Of a stretch of 64,000 nt of DNA, positions 26,290-38,942 are shown piece by piece. Location: NCBI RefSeq assembly GCF_963921235.1, contig NC_086097.1, positions 156,428,001 to 156,492,000 on the forward strand, in the 5' to 3' direction. The notes below the pieces were generated by a model. That model saw nothing but the letters and a program-made list of their open reading frames with translations. It was not told the DNA's origin and searched no databases. The DNA comes from Mobula hypostoma. Its lineage: Eukaryota. How positions within the stretch are numbered: position 1 is the stretch's first letter; the number at the start of each line of letters is the position of its first letter. The translations under genes were made by a program, and so were the position numbers.

Positions 26290-26966
26290 AATGCTGCTTT
26301 CCTGTGACAGCGCTCCAAGTGGATGTGCTCAATGGGGTAAAGAGTTTTATCTGTGATAGACAGGGCTTATCCACTACTTTTTCTAGTTCCTATGTTCAAT
26401 GGTATTGATGTTTTCATATCAGTGCAACCAGTTAGTATACTCTCCACTACACCTCTATAGAAGTTTGTCAAAGTTTTAGTTGACATGCTAAATCTTCACA
26501 ATATTTTAGGAAAGTAGAGGCACTACCATGCTTTCTTTATAATGGCACTTCCGCTCTAGACACAGGACAGGTCCTCTGAAATGAAACCACCAAGGAACTT
26601 AAAGTTGCTGATCCTCTCCACCTCTGATCCCCACGTGAGGACCAGCTCTTTGTTGCCGACAGCTGGACATTTCTGTGCAACTGGATCCTTGATTTCCTCA
26701 CTAGCAGACCCCAGTCAGTTTGGATGGGCAACATTTCCTCCACAATCTCCATCAACGCAGGTGCACCACAAGGCTGTGTGCTTAGCCTCCTGCTCTGCTT
26801 GCTTTAATCCTATGACTGAGGCTCAGCACAGAATTCTTAGTTTTGTTGACACAGGTCGAATCAAAGGTGGCAATGGATCAGCATATAGGAGGGAGATTGA
26901 AAATCTGGCTGACTGATGTTCAATGTCAGCAAGACTAAGTAGCTGATTATTGGCTACAAGAAGAGG
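26290..26966 (-). mobile_element. Rex1/Babar fragment with inverted 5' segment
   Basis: Minus piece 26290-26645 begins [11 protein letters not shown]. Plus piece 26646-26966 runs from [16 protein letters not shown] to NVSKTK.LII. Confidence 0.8.
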
Positions 26967-27459
26967 TTTCTGGATGTCCAATCTTTCCGGCAACGATACA
27001 ATTTTCATTGAAATTAATAAGGTTGTCCCTGTATTAGGTCTACCCAGCATGGAGACTGGCGGTCTATTTTCCAATGGAAAATTCAGCTTCCGCACTGAAC
27101 TCTATGCTGCTCCCTATTGGCAGAAGTTTAGGACTTCAATAATTTACTCAAATGGGTAGATTTCTCAGATTCGTCTGCATTAAAATGGATAAATCCCTGG
27201 GATTAATCAGTAAAGTCTGAATCATATTCTTATTATTTTATAACTGACGATGCTCAGCAATTAATAAAATTACTGGGCAATAAATCCAAAGGCCTATGAG
27301 AATCATTACAAAATGATCCTGTGACTTCAGTGTTTGTTTTTGTGTTTTTTGATATAATGAAATTTGGCAATAATACTGAAATATCAGCAGTAAACACTAC
27401 CAGATCCTAACACTCTCAACCAATAGCTGTTTTCAATTCCAGACCATCCTTTAGTATCA

Positions 27460-29111
27460 GATTCCACTCTCCCCTCCTACCCCTCCTCGCAGTCCCCCAC
27501 CCTGCTCTCATGACTATACTCCTTCCCCACATGAAACCACCACGGTGGGATTCACAGCTGAACAGGTGAGAAGACAGCTGAAACGTCTCAACCCAAGCAA
27601 GGCTGCAGGACCAGATGGTGTCAGTACCAGGGTGCTCAAAACCTGTGCCCCTCAGCTATGTGGAGTACTTCCCCATGTATTCAACCTGAGCCTAAGGCTC
27701 CGGAGGGTTCCTGTGCTGTGGAAGACGTCCTGCCTCATCCCTGTGCCGAAGACGCCGTGCCCCAGCGGCCTCAATGACTACAGACCGGTGGCGTTGACCT
27801 CCCACATCATGAAGACCCTGGACAGACTTGTTCTGGAGTGGCTCAGGCCTATGGTCAGGCCACACTTAGATCCCCTCCAGTTCGCCTACCAGCCCCGACT
27901 AGGAGTTGAGGATTCCATCGTCTACCTGCTGAACCGTGTCTATGCCCACCTGGACAAGCCAGCGAGCACTCTGAGGGTCATGTTTTTTGACTTCTCCAGT
28001 GCGTTCAGAACCATCCACCCTGCTGTGCTGGGGGAGAAGCTGACAGCGATGCAGGTGGATGCTTCCCTGGTGTCATGGATGCTTGATTACCTGACTGGCA
28101 GACCACAGTACGTGTGCTTGCAACACTGTGTCCGACAGAGTGATCAGCAGCACTGGGGCTCCACAGGGGACTGTCTTGTCTCCTTTTCTCTTCACCATTT
28201 ACACCTCGGACTCCAACTACTGCACGGAGTCTTGTCATCTTCAGAAGTTTTCAGATGACTTTGCCATAGTTGGATGCATCAGCAAGGGAGATGAGGCTGA
28301 GTACAGGGCTACGGTAGGAAACTTTGTCACATGGCGTGAGCAGAATTATCTGCAGCTTAATGTGAAAAAGACTAAGGGTCTGGTGGTAGACTTGAGGAGA
28401 GCTAAGGTACCAGTGACCCCTGTTTCCATCCAGGGGGTCAGTGTGGACATGGTGGAGGATTACAAATACCTGGGGATATGAATTGACAATAAACTGGACT
28501 GGTCAAAGAACACTGAGGCTGTCTACAAAAAGGGTCAGAGCCGTCTCTATTTCCTGAGGAGACTGAGGTCCTTTAACATCTGCCAGACGATGCTGAGGAT
28601 GTTCTACGAGTCTGTGGTGGCCAGTGCTATCATGTTTGCTGTTGTGTGCTGGGGCAGCAGGCTGAGGGTAGCAGATACCAACAGAATCAACAAACTCATT
28701 CATAAGACCAGTGATGTTGTGGGGATGGAACTGGACTCTCTGACGGTGGTGTCTGAAAAGAGGATGCTGTCCAAGTTGCATGCCATCTTGGACAATGTCT
28801 CCCATCCACTACATAATGTACTGGGTGGGCACAGGGGTACATTCAGCCAGAGACTCATTCCACCGAGATGCAACACAGAGCGTCATAGGAAGTCATTCCT
28901 GCCTGTGGCCATCAAACTTCACAACTCCTCCCTTGGAGGGCCAGACACCCTGAGCCAATAGGCTGGTCCTGGACTTATTTCCTGGCATAATTTACATATT
29001 ACTATTTAACTATTTATGGTTTTATTACTATTTATTATTTATGGTGCAACTGTAACAAAAACCAATTTCCCCCGGGATGAATAAAGTATGACTATGACTA
29101 TGACTATGACT
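27460..29111 (+). mobile_element. Young Rex1 LINE, 5'-truncated (RT), one frameshift and one stop
   Basis: ORFs 27545-28258, 28128-28481, 28590-28961 (KAAGPDG, DYRPVALTS, DFSSAF, GAPQGTVLSP, FSDD); AATAAA followed by (ATGACT)n tail. Confidence 0.95.
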
Positions 29112-29684
29112 AGAATCAGGTTTATTATCACTGGCATGTGTGGTGAAGTTTGTTTGTGAATATGTGAATACTGATAAAAGATCATTCTAAATGGATTGAC
29201 TTACTTTACTTTATTTTTGTGTTTGTATTCCTCTAATATGTACAGATATTCTATATAATTTAAATTCCTAAATTTATTTTTTTCATTGGCTCAGACTTTC
29301 TAAAATTCAGTTTCATATATTAAATCAGCTTAAGTGCACACTAGAGCACCTAAGAAGATTGATATGCAAACTATCAGATCATGATTTCATTCTTAATGGC
29401 AATTTTGTTAAATTATTCCAGTGCAGAATGAACAATTTTAAGTTTTCTTATTTAATATTTATATCTGGATATTTTGAAAATCTAGTTGATTAATACAATT
29501 CTTACAAAGACCGTTTCAGTCCTGGTACTACATTGAGTTATGTAATCTAATTTGGGCAAACACATATGTTGATGCAATTTATTACCACTTCCCATGATAC
29601 AAAGCAGGAATGATTCCTGTCTCTTCCTGTCTTGTTCTTCATTGGTGTCCAGACAGGACATATATTTTGGATGAGGACAGGTTT

Positions 29685-30425
29685 TGATGTAGAGCTAATC
29701 TTGCATCAGTGATAGATCCTTGTGGGTTTAGATCGCACTCTGGAGACCTGTGCAAAACAGATGTAACCGAACACACTTCAGTATTGAGAGAATCTTACAC
29801 CAGCAGTGGTGCTCTCTTTTAAATATGGTATAATTAAAATTCCACCCGCTCTCTCGGATAGATGTAAAAAAAAATTCCCATGGCACCCTGTCAAGGAAGA
29901 CCAAAAGATTTATTTCTAACTTCAGTGTTATTTTTATTGTCACGTGTACATCGACACACACAGTGAAGTTGCGTCATTCGGCATCAGCGACAACTACAGT
30001 CTGTGGATGTGCTGGGGGCAGCCTGCATGTGTCACATGCTTCTGGTGCTAACATAGCATGCCCACAACATACTAACCCTAACCATACGTCTTTTGGAATA
30101 TGGGAGGAAAGCACGTGGTCAGTGAGAGAATGTACAAACCTTCTTCCACCCCCGCCACAGACAGTGGTAGGAAACGATCACTGATCTCATTGCCGGCACT
30201 GTGAATCATGACATGAGCTGCTATGCCACCATTTCACTTTAATATACTGACAACTATTTAGACTTAATATCTCAGTCAATATCTACAGTCAATCACACTA
30301 AGTATCTGGCTATTATCACATTGCTATTTGTGGGAGCTTGTTACAGGCAATTTAGCTTCTGCATTGCTTACGAGAGTGACTTTTGCTGTAAAGCAATTTG
30401 GGTTGCCCTGAGATTATGAATGTCA
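29685..30425 (+). mobile_element. Deu-SINE/SacSINE1-like element interrupted by a V-SINE-like copy (~29910-30235, minus)
   Basis: B-box-like ttgtgggtttagatcgcactc, then cccatggcac, then attatcacattgctatttgtgggagcttg (Deu-domain-like) and gctgtaaagcaatttggg 3' end. Confidence 0.6.
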
Positions 30426-30893
30426 TTCACTCTAAGCTCATGTATAGAAGTGATCATAAGTATCTATGAATCCCTATACCAGCTGTCTTTATTACCCTTA
30501 AGAAACAAGAAAGCCTTTTACTATTAAAACTGCAAGAATTTGTTCAACCAAAGAGGGTAAAATAAGCAGTGAAGCCAAACTTTTAATTAAGGCAAATCAT
30601 ATTAATTATTATCTATCTTCAAATATTGTTTAAAAAGTTATCAAAGAAATGGACAATGTCAATTTTAAAGGAGATTATACCATTCTATAACAATTTGAAA
30701 AAGTAATGCTATCTTTTGGGAATATTTGATAGCAATTAAAAATACGGACTTCTTTATGATATAAAAATAGCAAAGTTTCATTCTCCAAATTTTTATAAGC
30801 TCTGATTCCTTCAAGATATATTACTGAGTTTTTATTTATTTGCTGCATTCTATTAATCTCTGTGAAATTGTTATATGCTTACATTTATAATTA

Positions 30894-31898
30894 CACTGGA
30901 CAACAAATTTTTTTCAGAAGTGTTGTTTCCTCAGAATTTTTTTTGTTTATGATAGACTGCTTGAAGATGAACACAAATAACTTCAGACTACTTGTATCAT
31001 GTAGGAATTTGAAGAAACAACAATTTAGCTTTTATTGAATATAATGTGTTTAATTGCATAATGGTGCTGATGCTTTGCAATAGTTCGACACAGTTAAAAA
31101 TATTTTGTTAATGATTTTCATTTGTACTGAGTGTCTGAGACTTCTTGCTTAAGTGTCCAACAATAATTCACCAGCATTGATGAATTCCAGTTGCCCTGGT
31201 AGCTTTTCTTCATGACCACAATGTCTTGGTGAAACCTTTCACCATGTTCCGCACTAACAGCACCAAGATTTGCAGGGAAGAAGTATAAATGGGAATGCAG
31301 AAAATGAATCTTTAGCGGCATGTTGCACTTCATGGTTTTATATGTTTGAAGCGTGCTTTCAACCAGCTGGTGTAGCTCGATGCTCTGTAGATGCCGAGAA
31401 AAATTTCAGCAACTTTTTTGAATGCCTTCTGTGTGATTTTCTCTGGTCCCACTAGAAATTCTTCAAATTGCCTGTCATTGATGACCTGTTTGATTTGTGG
31501 ACCAACAAAAATGCTTTCCTTAATCTTGGCATCAGTTATTCAGGGAAGCATCTGTCTCAAATATCAAAATCCTTCATAGAAATTTTTGTGCCTGGTGACA
31601 GCAAATTCCATCCTTACAGTCCTGAACCCAATAATTATTACTAAAACCTGTCCTGCCATGCAGCAGCCATGCCGCGTAAGCATGTCCAAGCATGCCTGGA
31701 CAAGATAGGAAACTTTCCAGCTTACATTATAGGCAACATTTTAATTGACTTGAATTATAAATTGAAATAATAAACATAAGTGATTTCAAAAAATGGTGCA
31801 TGATAGGGAAATTTCATGGTGACTTTCACGATCAGTAGCCCAAAATTCATAAGGTACACCTAAAGGTATTCAGGAAGCAAAATCTTTGTTGTCCAGTG
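30894..31898 (-). mobile_element. Chapaev3-type (CMC) DNA transposon, internal-deletion derivative
   Basis: 14-bp TIR CACTGGACAACAAA / TTTGTTGTCCAGTG; exact TTA duplication (30891-30893, 31899-31901); ORF 31118-31333 KIHFLHSHLYFFPANLGAVSAEHGERFHQDI..YCWTL. Confidence 0.88.
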
Positions 31899-32159
31899 TT
31901 ACTTTTCCTTAGCCTGCAGGAGTAGTTCCCTGTTGTACAAACTTCATGGACAAATCGCTATTTCGTTTAGAATAGGCTGAAGTATGATTGAAAAGATTAG
32001 AGTGCATTTTGGTAAAATACGTTTTGATCCTTTTTGCAGGTTAAACCTTGAACTGAGAAAGATCAGTGCTAGTTTCATAGCTAATTTAATGCCTTAGTTT
32101 TAGAACTGGCTATCACTGAACGATATGTATATACTATGAACACTACATATTGTCTTTTG

Positions 32160-33130
32160 GAAATTACCCACATTGAACCATATAGCTGAGTATGGAGAAA
32201 AGAACGGGAATGCACAGTATAGATAGTGTAGTTGGGGTGGATTAATGGCAATAGTATTCAATCTGTTAAAAGTGTGAGCTATTGCATTTGGGAAATTATA
32301 ATACACAAGGGAATATACAATAGATGTTAGATCTTGAGAGGTTTAAAGGAGCAGAGAGACCTGAGAGTTCAAGTTCACATATACTTAAAAGTAACAGAAA
32401 TAAATAGAAAATACCACAAGTACTTAACAGATTGGGCATCTGTGGAGAGAGAAATAAAATTAATGTTTCAAATCATTGGTCTTTCATCAGAACAAGGAAG
32501 AGTCAGAATTTCAAAATTTTAAGAAGAAGGGATAACTAGAACCAAGAGAATGTTGTGATGAGATGGAGGCCAAAAGACAAAATGATAATGGAAGTGTTGT
32601 CAGTTGAGAAAGGATAGTGAAGGCACATTAATTGCTTTAAAGTTAATAGAGCATGTTATTAAAATGGTTAAAAAGGCATATGGATGTTTTACTCTAATAG
32701 CTGCAGAATAAGAGCAAGAAGGTTAAACTTGGACTGTATAATACATCAGTTAGGACACAGTGTGAGAGCATAAAAAAGACATGATTACATTGGGGATGTG
32801 TGGAGGGGTCTTGCAAACAACAGAAAATCGTAGTTATAATGAAAGATTGGAAAGGCAACAGTGGTTTTCTCTGGAAATTAAGTTGTGGGAGAGTGGGAGG
32901 CACAGAGTTAAAACATATAATAAAACTGAGGTGGAAATGATGAAGATATTTTCATCCAGAGGGTAGATGGACTCTGGAGCTCCCTCAAAACATGCAGAAG
33001 AAGAGCACTTAAAGAGTATTGGACGTGGAGCTGAAGAGATCAGACTGGAAGCAATATGGATCTTCAGTTGGAAAGTTGGATTAGTCTGTTTAGTTCTTTT
33101 TTGTCTGACCTGGATGTGACAAGTCCAAGG
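32160..33130 (+). mobile_element. Old CR1 fragments with a Penelope-like terminus inserted at ~32390-32500 (minus)
   Basis: EQRDLRVQVH and SYNERLE-like pieces; minus strand gttCTGATGAaagaccaatgatttGAAAcattaat. Confidence 0.55.
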
Positions 33131-33824
33131 GCCTGGTTATACACTCTAATTTTTTTGATGGTTCTATGAAACAAAGGTCAAGAGAACCATAACTCAAATC
33201 CTTTGAGAGTAGATGGAGAATTTTAGGGCAGATTATGGTAAGATTTTGGAAAAAAAAAGTTACACATTTAAATTCAGATTCTACTTGAAGACATAAATAA
33301 ATTCTACATAAAACTCACTGGTACCATTGTATTGAAATGTATAATATTATAAGTGGTCTTAGCAGGTTAGATGTTAAGGGAGTAATTCCCCTGGAGAGGG
33401 ATTCTCAAAAAGAGGAAATACCAACTTAGGATAGCATATCATCTCATTAAGCCTGGGACAAAGAACAAATTATTTCTTTCAGAAGATTGTGAATCTTTGT
33501 AGTTCTGTGTCACACAAAGTTCTGAATACCAAGTCATTAACAAAATTTATAGCTTACATAGATGTTGAGATTTCAGGTGAATTGAGCCCTATGGAAATCT
33601 GGCAAGTATAGAAGCCCATTTTAGATGAGTCATAATCTTCATGATTAGCAGAGCAGGCTCTAGGGTTTACTTGGCCTATTCCTAATTCTATTTCTTACAT
33701 TGTTAAATTTTTATGAGATTGTTATATCACATAAAATTTTAGCAGTGTAAGAAATAGAAGTATTAGTAAGCAATATACCTTTGGTAATCATCTAGAATTT
33801 ATGAATATAAAACATATGAAAAAA

Positions 33825-34262
33825 ATTTAAAAACTGCGAATGCTGGAAATGTGAAACAATTTTCAATAACCTGCTTCCTTTTGCATCAAAACTAGTCCTA
33901 CTGTTGGTTATTTATTTGTAATATCAACTCATTTTATCTCTCTTCACTGACACTGCATGACCTGCATTTCCTTCCGCTCTGACCAACATTTCACATCTTT
34001 TATATGTTCCTTTATTTGGTTTTTCTCTCTATTCTCTTCTTCAGTATATCACCAGCTTATCACCACAGTCCAACCTGTTAGAGATATTGTTTTAATCCTG
34101 TCTATATCCCCACACCTGCTGCACTATAAAATTGACCTGTTTCTCTCTTTCCCAAATCTGTAGAATGATTTCTGATCTGAAATACAGGTATTCACTTATT
34201 TCTTGTTTCACAGATGCTGCTTAATCTATGAAGTGTTTCCATCATTTTCCATTTGTTTCATG
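33825..34262 (+). mobile_element. Old Penelope-like terminal region
   Basis: Inverted piece actgcgaatgctggaaat, CT-rich body, and cacagatgctgc..tgtttccatcatttt end as in the other copies. Confidence 0.45.
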
Positions 34263-34852
34263 TTATCAAAGCCTGGTTGTTTGGAAGTAACCAATCATAT
34301 TCATCCTCAGATTAATGTCCATTAACATACTTGTAGTTACCTGGAGTAATATATTATTTCATTTGTGTTGGAGACAAAAATCACATCAGAAAACTAAGGG
34401 CAATTTACTGTAGGAAGCGTCCCATTAGAAATAGCACAATCCAACACTGAAATAGTAACCATCACATTTCATTTCAGAAACAGACATCCTCAGACACACT
34501 TCTTACTTAATTATTTGTCAAAATAGTAAAACTATGAATATTTTTGATTTTGTTCTGTCGTTAAGAAACATCTATAGCCATCAAAATTCTAAACAATTTT
34601 TAAATATTAAAAATAAGGTAATTTCTCATAAAATCTATGTCAATATTGAATACAAGTTCAAATTTAATAGAAAAAAGCAAGCTTCATGGCAAGTTGAAGG
34701 CAATGTATTCATAATGTGAAAAAATAAGAAATGTGACAATCGGAATTGACTACACATATTTACCAAACAAATCGGTTTAAATGGAGGGGTGTGATGTATT
34801 TATTTTTAATACTGCTTCCTGGGAAACAAGTAAGTTAACATTTCCTGTGACC

Positions 34853-35030
34853 TTATTTAAGGCAGAGTTTGATAGGTTCTTAATTAGACATGGCATCAAA
34901 GGTTACAAGGAGAAGGCCAGGGGGTGGGGCTGAGGAGCGGAATCGAAAGATCAGCCATGATTGAATGCCAGAACAGACTCGATGGGCCAAATGGCCTAAT
35001 TCCGCTCCTATATCTTATGGTCTTAAGGTC
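34853..35030 (+). mobile_element. CR1 3' end
   Basis: atttaaggcagag..gatgggccaaatggcctaattccgctcctatatcttatggtctt matches the 3' ends at ~12000 and ~45170. Confidence 0.85.
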
Positions 35031-36534
35031 TTTAGAAGACTGGGAAATCATTTCTGCACAAACTTCATCCTCCCAAAATGGTCAAGGCATTGTTCCTCCA
35101 CTACAAATAAAAGAATTACATCCTAAATTCACCACATCCTGAAATCCAGGGCTGTCTTCCATCATCTTAATTTACTTGATGACATCCAAATGAAGCTTAA
35201 ACACTCATTTTGATGACCTTCCAAAATTAGCACTTTCACCATTACTCAATCACAACAGCAAGCAATTGAGTAAATGATCAGACATACAATGCTTTCCCTT
35301 GGGAGCAATTAGAGGAATGACTGATAGTATTTAGATCATTGTATAAAAATATTAATAGCTGAAAACAGAATAAAGTGCCTAAAGAATAAATACATAATAA
35401 GAATGAGGCAAATATTCCTGGTGTTTGAGAGTTTTTAAATGTAATTAGGAACTATACCTTCAGAGATATGCATTCTGTACGATGTTCTCCAATTAGTTGT
35501 GCATTTTAAATTGGAGAACAGCTGAGTTGATGTTGTTGATATCATTTAAAGGAATAAATTAAGTAAGTCTGGGTCATCTTTATTCAGTTCCCAATGAATT
35601 TATCTCACCAAAGTGTCTAGAATCATACATTTTCTATTAGTTTATGAGAAAAAAATATTGTAGCCTTTTGGGAAATGATTCAAAGAGGTAATAAATAATT
35701 TAATTTGAATTGGTGGAAAAACATATTTTGCTTACAAATGATATCGACCATGATTTGCTACTGATTTAATTTTAAAATATTTTAGACATGTTGCATCTAT
35801 ATATGAATCAGTGAGTGTAAATTATTGATTTCTAAATAATGGGCTTGAACTAAAGAAGTCTGTTTTAGGTTTGATGATATAACTACATAATGCAGTGTTG
35901 TGCTGTTCCCTTGTAACCCCTTTCAATTGTGTTTGTGGTACTTTCATATGATTTTTAAAACACTGCTGCAGGTGATCCAGGTGATCAGCAAGGCAAGAAA
36001 TTGATTTGTTGTCTCATCCAAAGGAAGGCAATATCTCCTTCGTCATGCACGGAGGTGTCAGACATGTCTATGTGCTAAAGCTGTTGTAATGTGGTTGAAA
36101 GCACAACATTCTTACTACCATAAGTCATGCTGAGTCATGACTTAAATGCTTATCCATATTGAGACCGGGATGTACAAGCAACAAAACAAGATTAGTTGAA
36201 TGTCTTCTTTAAAACTTGTGTGAATATCACAAGCCTACAGTCTAGCTAGATTATTTGCACTCAAGGGAACTATAGCAACAACTCTCTACTGAAGTCTGCT
36301 TCAGAAAGACTGTTCTACTTCTTTTAAAATATGTGAAAGTTTAAAAATTTCCCATAATACTACTTCGCAATTGCCTACATTTACACATTTAGTTATAAGG
36401 GAAGCTATATCCAACTCACAGTACAATCTTCAGTTATTTTATAGTTCTTAATTCTACACCTAGAGAATTTTAATTCCAATGCTTCCTTCAGGATTGAATG
36501 ATTTCCTCACTCTATCTATCTATCTATATATAGG

Positions 36535-36629
36535 TAGAGCGCAGAGAAGGCCTATCCGACCCTCTGAGACACACCTCCCAACAACTCACTGATTTAACCC
36601 TAGGCTAATCATGGGACAATTTACAATGA

Positions 36630-36683
<54 letters not shown>

Positions 36684-36758
36684 CACCACCAGAATTGAGC
36701 TCTGACCCCTTGAGCTGAAATAGCATTGCATTAACTGTTAAGCTACTGTGGCACACCA
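36535..36758 (-). mobile_element. tRNA-derived SINE containing a (CA)n microsatellite (36632-36681)
   Basis: Same body as 20435-20648; CA tract read directly. Confidence 0.65.
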
Positions 36759-36896
36759 TATTATATCCAAATGTACTTACTTAGCATTCCAATTGTTTCG
36801 CAATGAAATCCTGATAAAATTCCACAATGTTATACCTTCTCAGTAAAAGTTGCTCTTTAGGTCCTAGTAATGGAAACTGCAAAACTGAACGTAACT

Positions 36897-37165
36897 AAGG
36901 AGCAGCCCAGTAGTGTAGCAATTAACGTAAGGTAACTACAGCGCCAGGGACCTGGGTTCATTTTTGCAGTTGTCAGTAAGGAGATTGTACATTCTCCCAT
37001 TACTGTGGGTTTTCTTTAGGTCTCTGGTTTCCTCCCTCATTTCAAAGACTTATGAGTTAGTAGATTAAGGGAAGTTATATCCATATCTCATAGTCGTGCA
37101 ATTGGGTGGTGTGTGTTTGTTGAGCCAGAAGGGCCTGTTACCAATTTATATCTCCAAAAAAAATA
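36897..37165 (+). mobile_element. V-SINE-like tRNA-derived SINE
   Basis: tagtgtagc A box, gggttcattt B box, ttgtacattctccc..tggtttcctccc V-like core. Confidence 0.7.
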
Positions 37166-37670
37166 ATATTCTGTTTTAGCAGTTATTCGTGCATTTCTCA
37201 TTCCTTTAAGAAGAAGAGTACTATTAGAAGAGGGCTCAAGAATCAGGACTTGTAAGGTATTTTATCAACCTGCAGTCACTCCTGAAGATACTCAGACTAG
37301 ACTCCCAATATCAGTAGAGTGCCCTTTAACAATGTGCTCCTAGTTTTACTGAGCATATTCAGCATTAGCTGCAGCATGAAGCTAGGAGCAACAATTAATG
37401 TTGCTACAGATGAAAATATTGGTTATGTGAATAATAACATTATCTCTCAAGCAGCAAAACTAATACTGGGTCAAGATTAGGAGCACTAAAATATTCCACT
37501 CAAAATTTTATAATCCAAATACTTACCAGTGCAATCTATGTATATTGATTGAAATGGTTGAATGACAATAAACTGAATTTAAACTTCAGCTTGCTTTAGG
37601 ATGATTAGCACCTAAACCAACAACATGGAATGCATTGCTCAGGTAACATTTTTCTGCCATATCTTAGTTT

Positions 37671-38692
37671 ATTAGATTAGATTAGATTAGATCATCATTG
37701 TGCTGAGTACAGATACAAAGCCAATGAAATGCATTTAGTATCTGACCAGAAATGCAAAGAATAGTGTTATTTACAAAATAACTGCGAATAAAAAAAGTAC
37801 TACAGCACACAAATATAAAAGTACTGAGACAGTACAATATGGGTGCAACACTGCTTAGTGCTGTGATGAGAGGTTCAGCAGTGTCACAGCCTCAGGGAAG
37901 AAGCTCTTCCTGTGCCTGCTAGTGCGGGAGCGGAGGCTCCTGTAGCGCCTACCTGATGGGAGGAGAGTGAAAATTCCATGGTTAGGGTGAGGTGCATCCT
38001 TGATAATGCTTTTCGCCCTGCCCAGGCAGCGTTTGTGGTAGATGTTCTCAATAGTGGGCAATTGGGTGCCGATAATCCGCTGGGCAGTTTTCACCACACG
38101 CTGGAGTGCTTTGTGGTCCAATACGGGACAATTGCCATTCCGCGCTGAGATGCAGTTGGTGAGTATGCTCTCAATGGTACAGCGGTAAAAGTCCATCAGT
38201 ATCCTGGGACAGAGGTGAGCTTTCTTCAGCTCCGCAGGAAATAAAGGCGCTGTTGCACCTTTTTGATCAGGATGGAGGAGTTCAGGGACCAGGTGAGATG
38301 CTTGGAAACGTGGACACCAATGAATTTGAAGCTTGATACACACTCCACTACAGTTCTGTTGATGTAGATGGGGACTTGAGTGTGACTCCTGGCATGCCTG
38401 AAGTCCACAATGATCTCCTTGGTCTTCTGGGTGTTAAGGGCCAGATTGTTGTCGGCACACCACGTGGCCAGGTGCTGGACCTTGTCCCTGTAGGCCCTCT
38501 TGTCATCCCCTCTGATCAGTTCAACCACCGTGGTGTTGTCTGCGAACTTGATTATGGAGTTAGAACCATGTACAGGAACGCAGTCATAGGTGAAAAGAGA
38601 GTACAGAAGAGGGCTCAGCACACAGCCTTGAGGCACGCCAGTGTTCAGGTGAGAGTGAAGGAGGAGAAGATGTCTAACTTTACTGATTGGGT
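37671..38692 (-). mobile_element. Young Rex1/Babar 3' fragment
   Basis: ORFs 38226-38636 (PQGCVLSPLLY, KFADN) and 37855-38343 (LLPSGRRYRS..SFFPEAV); (CTAAT)n tail. Confidence 0.95.
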
Positions 38693-38942
38693 CCTATATA
38701 ATTCATTTCTATATTTTTCTTTACTCTAGAATTTACTCACATGATCTTGCTCTGAAAACTGATAAATTTACACAGTGCAACATCAGAAGCCCAATTTACT
38801 ATCTCCTGCATCAAATACCACCCCTACTCAATGCTCACGTTAACATAACATTTAAGTTACACTCTAATCCCATTGCCCTAGAACACAGAGATCAGTAACA
38901 TCTTTATAAACTGTGTGGATCTGCATCATAATCTAATGTATC

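Noticed and set aside
26950..27159. 69-aa ORF
   Set aside because: Starts inside a Rex1 fragment and has no recognisable homology.
29586..29747. Apparent minus-strand exon (ttttgcacag...gtaata)
   Set aside because: All three frames have stops, and the acceptor lies within the Deu-SINE-like head.
36781..36876. 96-nt minus-strand exon candidate (ttttgcag|FPLLGPKEQ...QLEC*|gtaagt) between two SINEs
   Set aside because: The only open frame ends in a stop at the donor, no homology is recognised and no partner exons were found; RNA-seq would be needed.
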